Of a stretch of DNA of 29,759 bases, positions 8,792 to 16,673 are shown in pieces (positions within the stretch are counted from its first letter, which is position 1; each line of letters starts with the position of its first letter). Origin of the DNA: Planctomycetota bacterium (GTDB taxonomy: Bacteria > Planctomycetota > UBA11346); assembly GCA_038231435.1 (NCBI GenBank), contig JBBRLJ010000053.1:1-29759 (forward strand), in the 5' to 3' direction. Position numbers and translations under genes: made by a program. The notes below the pieces were generated by a model. The model was given only the letters and a program-made list of their open reading frames with translations, made no database searches and was not told the DNA's origin.

Positions 8792-9837
8792 GTCGAACCC
8801 TTCGAGGTCTTGGCGTTACTGGCGGATATCTGGGGCTTCTCGGATGCGAGTCCCCTGCCGGAATCGTGGATCGCGAGCAGGCGCTCGATCATGGCGTCGC
8901 TCCCAGAACCGATCACCTTGCGCCGTGGATCGGCATCGAACCATGCGAGCGTACGCGCGATGCCGTCGGCGAAGCGGATGGTGGCGTTGAACTCCGGGAC
9001 GAAACGCTTGATCTTGGCATTGTCGAAGATCGTGCTGACCGCCTTGTCGCCGAGCAGGTTGCCGGTCTCGCCGGGAAACGCCGCGCAGATGTCCTCGCTG
9101 GTCATGTGGACGATCCTGGCCTCGGCGCCCACCGCGCGCGCGACCTGCTGGTGGATCTGGTCCCAGGTCAGCAGTTCGTCGCTGGTGATGTGGAAGGCGT
9201 GGCCGAGCGACTGCGGATGCGCGAGCAGGCCAACCAGGCCGACTGCGAAATCGTCGGCATGAGTGATGGTCCATAGCGAGCTGCCGTCCCCATGCACGAC
9301 CACGCGCTTGCCAGCGCGCATGCGTTCGACCAGGGTGTACTCGTTCCACGACGCCAACGGCAGCGGGATGACCGTGTCGTAGGTCAGGGACGGGCGTACG
9401 ATGGTGGCGGGGAAGCCATCCTCGCGGCAGGCGCGCTGGAGGCGCTCCTCGCAGGCGATCTTGTTGCGCGAGTATTCCCAGAAGGGATTCGCGAGCGGAG
9501 TCGATTCGGTGATGACCGGATGCGAGAGCGGCTTCTGGTAGGCCGAGGCCGAGCTGATGAAGATGTATTGCCCGCAGCGCCCGCGGAACAGGCGCAGATC
9601 GCGCTCGATATCCCCCGGAGTGAAGGCGATCCACTGCACCACCGCGTCGAACCGGCGCCCGCGCAGAGCCTCCGCGGTGGCGGCCTCGTCGGCGATGTCG
9701 GCGGTAATGGTTTCCGCGCCCTCGATCGCCGCGCGGGTGCCGCGGTTGAGCACGTGCAGGCGGATGCCCCGGGCGAGCGCCAGGCGGCTGCACGCCGTAC
9801 TGATGTTGCCGCTGCCGCCGATGAAGAGCACGTCCAT
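8788..9837 (-). CDS. NAD-dependent epimerase/dehydratase (extended SDR)
   Basis: VLFIGGSGNIS, YIFISSASAY, YSRNK (YxxxK), TIVRPSLTY. Strong SD AGGAGG upstream of ATG 9837. Confidence 0.92.
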   Translation of the reverse strand: MDVLFIGGSGNISTACSRLALARGIRLHVLNRGTRAAIEGAETITADIADEAATAEALRGRRFDAVVQWIAFTPGDIERDLRLFRGRCGQYIFISSASAYQKPLSHPVITESTPLANPFWEYSRNKIACEERLQRACREDGFPATIVRPSLTYDTVIPLPLASWNEYTLVERMRAGKRVVVHGDGSSLWTITHADDFAVGLVGLLAHPQSLGHAFHITSDELLTWDQIHQQVARAVGAEARIVHMTSEDICAAFPGETGNLLGDKAVSTIFDNAKIKRFVPEFNATIRFADGIARTLAWFDADPRRKVIGSGSDAMIERLLAIHDSGRGLASEKPQISASNAKTSKGST

Positions 9838-9910
9838 GGCCACCTCCTCGTGCCATGCTGGCGGATGGACGCCGGTTGTCTTCCGCGCCCACGACCCAGA
9901 TTGTACTTTC

Positions 9911-10768
9911 ATGACCTCAGCTCCAGTTCTGGCCTGGGAACGCGCCTCGTGGCTCGAGGAACGCGTGCTGTGCAACGTCAGCCAGGCCTTCTATCCCCCG
10001 GGCTTCGCCTTCATGCGGCATTCGCATGATTATGCCGAGTTCTTCTTCATCGAGCGCGGCCGCGGCATCCACCACCTGGCGGGATCGAGCGATCCGCTGG
10101 GGCCGGGCGATCTGGTGTTCATCCACCCGACCACCGAGCACGCACTGGCGGCGACCGGCGATGGCCCGCTGGTGTTCCTGAACATCACCATCGCCCCGGG
10201 CGAATTCGCCGCCCTGGCTCGCCGCTATGCATCCAGCGGAGCGGATTGGCCGTGGCGACGCACCGCCCGCCCAACCGTCCGCCACCTCGCCGGGCACGAA
10301 CTCGATGTCTTCCTCGCCGACGCGCGCGCATTGATGCAGCCCGGCGCCTGCGGCGACCGCCTGCGTGTCGAGGCGTTCCTCATGCATGTCATGGCGCGCG
10401 CCCGCGATGCCCAGTCCGCCCGCGCGGATGATGCCCCGCCGCGCATCGCCACCGCGCTCGCAAGGCTCGAGGATGACGCCGAGCTGCTGCGGGGCGGTGT
10501 CGCTGCGCTCGCCGAGCGCGCCGGCTGCGGGCGTGCGTGGCTGAGCCGATTGGTGCGCCGCCACCGCGGCATCAGCGCGCGCGAGCTGGTCATGCGTACG
10601 CGCCTCGACGCCGCCGCGCGGCGCCTGCGCGCCGGAGACGAGGGCATACCTGCGCTCGCCGACGCCTGCGGCTTCCCCAATCTGAGCAATTTCTACCGCC
10701 TCTTCCGCCGCCGTTTCCACTGCACACCGGCGCGCTGGCGTGCTGGCCATGGCGGCGGGTTCGCATGA
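9911..10768 (+). CDS. AraC family transcriptional regulator (cupin + HTH), divergent from the SDR/Gfo pair
   Basis: HSHDYAEFFFIERGRG.H cupin motif; C-terminal LADACGFPNLSNFYRLFRRRFHCTP..WR AraC signature. Confidence 0.92.
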   Translation: MTSAPVLAWERASWLEERVLCNVSQAFYPPGFAFMRHSHDYAEFFFIERGRGIHHLAGSSDPLGPGDLVFIHPTTEHALAATGDGPLVFLNITIAPGEFAALARRYASSGADWPWRRTARPTVRHLAGHELDVFLADARALMQPGACGDRLRVEAFLMHVMARARDAQSARADDAPPRIATALARLEDDAELLRGGVAALAERAGCGRAWLSRLVRRHRGISARELVMRTRLDAAARRLRAGDEGIPALADACGFPNLSNFYRLFRRRFHCTPARWRAGHGGGFA

Positions 10769-10871
10769 TCGGTTCGCCAGGGCCCGATCGGGACCCCGGA
10801 ATGCCCGCACAACGACATGGACGCGCTCGCGAGCGTATTGGCCGCCGCTGGGCCCGGCTATGGTCGCACCC

Positions 10872-13043
10872 ATGAACGCATCACCGGTGGACCTCCCCTT
10901 CTTGTGGGGCGCCCAATACTACCGCGCTCCGACCCCGGATGCGTCGTGCTGGGCGGGCGACCTGGCGCGCATGCGCGAGCTCGGCTTCACCGACGTGAAG
11001 TTCTGGGTCCAATGGCGCTGGTCGGAGCGCGAGCCGCGGCGCTTCGTCTGGGACGACCTCGACCGCCTGATGGATCTCGCCCAGTCCAATCGGCTGCGCG
11101 TGACCCTCAACACCATCTTCGACGTCGCGCCGACCTGGCTCTACCGCCAATTCCCGGACGCCAAGCAGATCACCGCGGACGGACGCGTGATCGAGCCCTA
11201 CGCGCTCGGCCACCGCCAGATCGGTGGAGGTCCCGGTCCATGCTACAACCACCCCGGCGCCCGCGCCGAACGCGAGCGCTTCCTCACCGAGACCGTCGCG
11301 CATTTCGCGCCGCATCCAGCGCTCACCATGTGGGACATCTGGAACGAGCCCGAGCAGTGCTTCCCCTCGCGCGATCCGCGCCCGGGAAACTACGTCTGCT
11401 ATTGCGCGAACTGCCTGTCCGGCTTCATCGCCTGGCTGCGCGACCGCTACGCCTCGCTCGAGGCGCTCAACCAGCGCTGGGGCCGCTGTTATGTGCGGTG
11501 GGACGAGGTCGAAGCGCAGCGCGTGCCCGACACCATCGTCGACTGGATCGAATGGCGCGAGTTCCAGCTCGACACCATGGCCGGCGAGGCGCGCTGGCGG
11601 CTCGCCGTGGCCGAACGGCTCGATCCCGGCCGGGTGCGCTACCTGCACGTCGTACCCAACACCATGGACTGCTTCAACGCGGTCAGCTGCGTCGATGATT
11701 TCGATCTCGCCGGCGATTGCCAGGTGTTCGCTTCGACGATGAACGCCTCGGCGAACTCGACGATCCAGACGCTCTCGGCTGGGCACGGCAAGATCTGCTA
11801 CAATGTCGAGAGCCACATCGATTTCGGCTCGACCGGCATGCACCAGCGCATGCTCGGCCTCGCCGACCTGCGCCGCGACCTGTTGCCGCAGATAGGCCTG
11901 GGCGTGAAGGGCTTCCTGTTCTGGCAGTACCGCGCCGAGACGCTCGGCACCGAGTCGCCGGCGTGGGGACTGGTGCGGCCGGATGGCTCTGATCGCCCGA
12001 TCACCGAGGGCGCGCGCGTCTTCGGCGCGGCGCTCGCTCCTCGCCAATGGGCGCTGATGCGCGCGCATCCAGGACCAGCGCCGATCGCGATCTGGAAGAG
12101 CCGCCAGAACGAGCTCTTCCATCACGCCATCCATGGTGGCTTCGGGCAGCTCGTCGAGGCGGTCGACGGCTACGTCCAGACGCTCTACTGGAGCAGCCAC
12201 GCCTTCCGCTTCGTCTCCTCGGCGATGCTCGCCGCCAACGCGCACGAGGGCGTGCGCCTGCTGATCATGCCCTCGTGCTATTGGCTGTCGGCCGCCGAGG
12301 CGGCCGCCTTGCGCGTGTTCGTCGCGCGCGGAGGCGTGCTGCTCGCCGAGGCGCATCTCGGCGCCTACGACGCCGACGCCGGGCGGCACAGCCAACGCGT
12401 GCCCGGCCACGGCCTCGACCAGGCGTGGGGGATCAACGAGATCGATTCCACGTCGTCCTACCACCTGCGACTGCAGCAGATCGAGGCCTTCGCCGGCGAA
12501 CTCGCGCCCGATGTGCGCAAGGCCTTGAGCGCGGCTGGCGCCAGCGGCGGCCAGTTCTTCCCCATCGACATAACCAGCGGCGGGCGCACCTGGGGCTCGG
12601 ACCGTTTCGCCCTGCTCGGCGGCGATGATCTGACCATCGAAGGATCGTTCGCCGGACTGCCGTGCATCGCCTCGAAGCAGCTCGGCGAGGGCGCGCTGTT
12701 CTATGTCGGTACGCGCTGGGGTCAGGCGACGCGCAAGGATGCCGATGCGCTCCTACCGCTGCTACGCCGCGCGCTCGCACGGGCCGGGGTTTCCCCCATC
12801 GCCGATTCCCGCGCCGGCGCGGTGCACATCGACGTGCTGCTCGAGGGACCGTCGCCGCGTTTCCTGGTGGCGGTCAACCGTTCGGCGGACACCCATGAGG
12901 CGCGCCTCGCGCTCCCGGGCCGTTGGCGGGGGATCTTCGATGGAGCGGTGATCGCGCCAGGCGCGCCGGTGATCGCCCTGGCGGAGTCGGCGGAGATCTA
13001 TGAGCCGATGGAGCCAATGGAGCCAATGGAGCCGATGCCCTGA
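10872..13043 (+). CDS. GH42-like beta-galactosidase (TIM barrel + trimerisation domain)
   Basis: WGAQYY, W...E..P..F.W..LD, WDIWNEP (acid/base), CYC..C...F..WL..RY.SL.ALN.RWG, YNVE (likely nucleophile), FWQYR...G.E, and a glutamine-amidotransferase-like trimerisation segment. No signal peptide. Confidence 0.88.
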   Translation: MNASPVDLPFLWGAQYYRAPTPDASCWAGDLARMRELGFTDVKFWVQWRWSEREPRRFVWDDLDRLMDLAQSNRLRVTLNTIFDVAPTWLYRQFPDAKQITADGRVIEPYALGHRQIGGGPGPCYNHPGARAERERFLTETVAHFAPHPALTMWDIWNEPEQCFPSRDPRPGNYVCYCANCLSGFIAWLRDRYASLEALNQRWGRCYVRWDEVEAQRVPDTIVDWIEWREFQLDTMAGEARWRLAVAERLDPGRVRYLHVVPNTMDCFNAVSCVDDFDLAGDCQVFASTMNASANSTIQTLSAGHGKICYNVESHIDFGSTGMHQRMLGLADLRRDLLPQIGLGVKGFLFWQYRAETLGTESPAWGLVRPDGSDRPITEGARVFGAALAPRQWALMRAHPGPAPIAIWKSRQNELFHHAIHGGFGQLVEAVDGYVQTLYWSSHAFRFVSSAMLAANAHEGVRLLIMPSCYWLSAAEAAALRVFVARGGVLLAEAHLGAYDADAGRHSQRVPGHGLDQAWGINEIDSTSSYHLRLQQIEAFAGELAPDVRKALSAAGASGGQFFPIDITSGGRTWGSDRFALLGGDDLTIEGSFAGLPCIASKQLGEGALFYVGTRWGQATRKDADALLPLLRRALARAGVSPIADSRAGAVHIDVLLEGPSPRFLVAVNRSADTHEARLALPGRWRGIFDGAVIAPGAPVIALAESAEIYEPMEPMEPMEPMP
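13002..13037 (+). repeat. 9-bp tandem repeat x4 (gagccRatg) encoding (EPM)4 at the GH42 C-terminus
   Basis: gagccgatg gagccaatg gagccaatg gagccgatg directly before ccc-tga. Confidence 0.9.
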
Positions 13044-13077
13044 GGCCGGCGCCAGCTGGGGTGGACCGCGGGCTGGC

Positions 13078-15963
13078 TCATGCTCCGTAGAGCTCCTTCA
13101 CCCGCGCCTGGAACTCCTCGCTCAGGCGTGTGCCCTCGCGCATCTTCTCTTCGACCGAGGCCGGCCCCGCCATGAGCAGCGCCATGGCTTCCTGCAATTC
13201 GCGACCCAAGCGCTGGGCGACCTGGTATTTCTCGGCGTAACCATCGGACGTACCTGGAGTCGCTGGCGCATCCGATGTGCCAGACGCCCCCGTCCCGATG
13301 CCCGTCCCTGACCGAGGCGGCGGCGAGGGCGGAGGCACGGGAATGGTCGCGCGGATGTCGCGCAGCGCGTATCCACCTTCGACGGACAGGTCGAAGGTTG
13401 GATCGGCAAGGATGTCCGCGAGCGCTGCGACCACCTCGTCGCGCCAGGTTGGATGGGCGCCCATCTTGGCGAGCCAGCGCAATGCCGCGCGGCGGAGGCG
13501 ATCGTCGTCATGGACCGAGCGCTTGCTGGCCACCAACGAGATCGCCCCGCGCACCAGGGCGATGCCGGGATCGCCGATCTGCTCTAAGGCCTTCGTCAAG
13601 GACTTCGCGTTCGCTGGCGTCGGGTCGGCCAGCAATTCGTTGAGAAATCTCGCCGCGACCCGGTCCGACAGCATCGACGCGTCGTCGAGCACGGCGGGCA
13701 GGAGCGCGACGAATCCGGCGAAACCGCCGAACGCGTGTTCCACCGCCCGAGGGTCCAGCGCGAACTGCCCCGACCCGCGCGGTGCGCGCTCCTGGTGGAT
13801 GTGCAGCGCCTCGAGTCGGATCCCGGGATCGCCTGGCCGCAGCGCGGTGGCGAGCAGGAAGCGCAGCAGGCCCTGGTCGGGAACGCCACCTGGCGCATGG
13901 ATCAACTGGTGCTCGGCGAGCTTCAGCAGCTCGCCCCTTCCAACGTCATCGACGCTCGCGAAACGGCTGGCGACGAAATCCCCGGGTAGCGCATCCCAGC
14001 GCGATTCCTCGGGGATGCCGTGGATGGACAGCCGCAGACGGCGCAGGGCCAGGTCGTAGTGGTGGTTGCCGTGCTTGCCGATGGCCTCGAGACCGGCGAT
14101 GACGCGCTCGCGCCAGCGCGGATGCGCTCCGATCCTGGACACCAGCGTGATCATCGACTCGATGGTGTACGGCCAGTAGTCGCCGGCGGCAGCGGCGAGC
14201 AGCACCGCCACCAGCTCGTCGGCGCCACGTTCCTCGGCCTGGATCGCGACGATGGCCTCGTCGTCGACCGAGCCCAGGAACGTCGCCATGAATTCGAAGA
14301 TGCCGACCTCCTTCATGGTCGCGTGATCGCCGATCAGCGCCGCGAGCCTCGGCAGGAAGTCCGCCACCGATCCGAAGAAACGGCACACGCACGCGACGGT
14401 GAAACGGAATGGCCCCTCGCCGCGGCGGTCGCCCTGGTGCTGGTACCAGCGGTGGAGCACCCACCACGCCGCCGCGCGGGTCTCGGCGGTGAATGGGCCG
14501 AAGACCACTGACATGACGAAGCGGTGGAGGGCTTCATCACCGCGTGCCTCGAGTTGCTTCTCGGCGTAGCGCAGCAGCGCGGCGCGCGTTGGCGGATCGG
14601 CTCCGGCGAAGCGCGCGGGCACGAATCCATCCGGGATCGCCCCGCGGCTGGCGGTTTCCATCAGGCCGTACTGGTTCGTGGTGAAGAGGCCGTTCTCCAC
14701 CATGTGGGCCACGATATCGATGAGCGCATCCGCCGGCAGGGCGGCCTGCTCCGAGAGCATGGACTGCAGGATGGAGCGTTCGTTGCCGGATGAGCGCGCG
14801 GCGCGGGCGATGCGCGGGGCCCATTCCGGACGCAGCCCGCGGCAGAGGATGCGCGCCGCGCGTTCGCGCAGGGTGTCGTCCGTGGTGCTCTCGACGATCC
14901 CCAGCAGCGTCTCGCCGAGTTCGGGAGCCGACTCCTTGCGGCGAACAAGAGTCTCGACCAGCTCGCGCTGCACCTCCAGCGGACTCGAACGGATCGGCTC
15001 GGCCACCGGGGCGATGACGCCAAGCTCGATGAGCGCATTGCCAGCGGCTATGCGCTCGAGGTCGTCACCCGCCAGCCCCGCGCGCAGCCGGTCCAGATCT
15101 CCGAGCGCCAGCGCAGCGCCGAAGGCGAGCTCGCGGTTCGTCGACGCCAACGCCGCGCGGACCAAGTCTTGGTCGACGAGCCCGAGCAGCGCAAGACCTA
15201 CGGACGCCGCGAGCTTCGTTTCCGGATCGCTTGCGGGATCGGTCGCCGACCCGGCGACGCGGGCCTGGAGCTCGGCGATCAGCTCGCGAGCCAGGTCGCG
15301 CGCGTGTCCGAACCTCTCCCTCACCCGCCAGCCGGAGAGGATCAGCGCCGCTTCGGCGCGCATGGCGGGGTCGCCGCCTCGGAACACCCCCGCCACCTGG
15401 TCATGCGCCTTCCAATCGCCCAGCCGCAGCCGGGCCAGCCACGCCAGAGCGCGGGTGTCCGCGAACGGCGTGGCCACCTCGATCCCCATCACCACTCGCA
15501 GATCGTCACCCGGCGGCAGCGGTGCGGCGGTCATACGCGCCAGGACAGCTTCAGGCCACGGCAGCTGAGGGATCAGCTGGTCCTCGAGCGCGGTGCTCCA
15601 GGACTTCCCGCGCAGGAAGCCCTCGAGGACCCGCACCTCGTCGACATGACGGGCGACCGCGATGGCGTGGCGCTGGTAGATGCGCGAGAAGTTTTCGATC
15701 TGGTCGGCGTCGAACTCAACCAGCTGCTTGGGGATGGTGAAGCGATCGGTGCCAGCGTCCTTGAGCATGCGCGCGGCGCCGAAGAGCCGCTCCTCGACGA
15801 TAACGGCTCCGCACGAGCGGCAGAACTTCGCCGCCGGCACCCACTTCACGCACCAGAAGCAGCGCACGTCGCGCCGCACCGCCTTGCCGCAGAAGGAGCA
15901 CAGATCGCCGGCCTTCCAATCCGGAGGCTGGGCATGGCCGCAGCCGTCGCACACCGCGCGCAT
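13078..15963 (-). CDS. Uncharacterised 961-aa protein: N-terminal double zinc ribbon, HEAT/ARM-like helical solenoid with internal duplication, Pro/Gly/Thr linker and C-terminal helical hairpin
   Basis: Four CxxC pairs in the first 51 aa (CDGC, CSFC, CFWC, CRSC). HEAT-like segments (DPAMRAEAALIL, DDTLRERAARIL, DDRLRRAALRWL). Start lies 3 nt after the upstream stop. No TM helix or signal peptide visible. Confidence 0.85.
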   Translation of the reverse strand: MRAVCDGCGHAQPPDWKAGDLCSFCGKAVRRDVRCFWCVKWVPAAKFCRSCGAVIVEERLFGAARMLKDAGTDRFTIPKQLVEFDADQIENFSRIYQRHAIAVARHVDEVRVLEGFLRGKSWSTALEDQLIPQLPWPEAVLARMTAAPLPPGDDLRVVMGIEVATPFADTRALAWLARLRLGDWKAHDQVAGVFRGGDPAMRAEAALILSGWRVRERFGHARDLARELIAELQARVAGSATDPASDPETKLAASVGLALLGLVDQDLVRAALASTNRELAFGAALALGDLDRLRAGLAGDDLERIAAGNALIELGVIAPVAEPIRSSPLEVQRELVETLVRRKESAPELGETLLGIVESTTDDTLRERAARILCRGLRPEWAPRIARAARSSGNERSILQSMLSEQAALPADALIDIVAHMVENGLFTTNQYGLMETASRGAIPDGFVPARFAGADPPTRAALLRYAEKQLEARGDEALHRFVMSVVFGPFTAETRAAAWWVLHRWYQHQGDRRGEGPFRFTVACVCRFFGSVADFLPRLAALIGDHATMKEVGIFEFMATFLGSVDDEAIVAIQAEERGADELVAVLLAAAAGDYWPYTIESMITLVSRIGAHPRWRERVIAGLEAIGKHGNHHYDLALRRLRLSIHGIPEESRWDALPGDFVASRFASVDDVGRGELLKLAEHQLIHAPGGVPDQGLLRFLLATALRPGDPGIRLEALHIHQERAPRGSGQFALDPRAVEHAFGGFAGFVALLPAVLDDASMLSDRVAARFLNELLADPTPANAKSLTKALEQIGDPGIALVRGAISLVASKRSVHDDDRLRRAALRWLAKMGAHPTWRDEVVAALADILADPTFDLSVEGGYALRDIRATIPVPPPSPPPRSGTGIGTGASGTSDAPATPGTSDGYAEKYQVAQRLGRELQEAMALLMAGPASVEEKMREGTRLSEEFQARVKELYGA

Positions 15964-15966
15964 GGA

Positions 15967-16527
15967 CTATCCGCGGGTCTTGCGGATCCGGCCCCAGAGC
16001 GCTTCCTTGTCGGCCGCGCTCATCGACGCCAGCCGCTTCGGGATCTCGTCCTTGGCCAGGCCTTCGCGTTTGAGATGAACGGCGAGATCGAGCTCGAACG
16101 TCGGGACGAACTCGGCGCCGCACTGGCGGCAGAACTTGCCCGGGCCGCTCGACGAGCACCAGTAGCACGAGAGCATCGGCTCCGCCTGCTTGCCGCACGA
16201 CACGCACAGGTCGCCGCTGTGGTACTCCTTCGGCTGCTTGGTCTTGCAGTGGATGCAGTAGACGGCGTCGGGCGAATCGACCATCACGGTGCCCGAGCCG
16301 CCCGAGCCGCCATGGACCGCAGCGGCGCCGTTCGCCCACTGCAGCACCGCGGTCGCCACGCTCTTGGTCACACCGGGAACCAGGTCGACCAGCGTGGCGG
16401 CGTCGCCCACGGTCTTGAAGTCGTCGCGCGTGGCGACTCCCGCCTTCGCCAGCTTCTTGAGCAGCGCGGGCGTCAGCCCTTTCGAGGCGAGGATGTTCTT
16501 CTCGAGCGTGCTGAAGGCCTTGGCCAT
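15967..16527 (-). CDS. Uncharacterised 186-aa protein: tandem helix-hairpin-helix (HHH_5-like) domain + double zinc ribbon
   Basis: GLTPALLKKLAKAGVATRDDF...LVDLVPGVTKSVATAV matches the HhH pattern. GGSGGSG linker, then CIHC, CVSC, CYWC, CRQC. SD GGAGGA upstream. Confidence 0.88.
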   Translation of the reverse strand: MAKAFSTLEKNILASKGLTPALLKKLAKAGVATRDDFKTVGDAATLVDLVPGVTKSVATAVLQWANGAAAVHGGSGGSGTVMVDSPDAVYCIHCKTKQPKEYHSGDLCVSCGKQAEPMLSCYWCSSSGPGKFCRQCGAEFVPTFELDLAVHLKREGLAKDEIPKRLASMSAADKEALWGRIRKTRG

Positions 16528-16673
16528 GATTCCTCCGTCAAGGATCCAGGTCTACGCGGCGCAGGCGAAACCGCCAGCGCCCGACGTGCCTTGGGTAGGA
16601 CATTGCGTCGTCTGGGGCCGCCAGGGAGCTCTTCTTGGAACACATTGTCCGGTTGGACAGCGGGTCGAAGACG

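Noticed and set aside
9860..9905. Shared AraC operator motif (tggac/acaac) upstream of the SDR, GH42 and GH78 genes
   Set aside because: The matches are too short and inconsistently spaced to support a common site.
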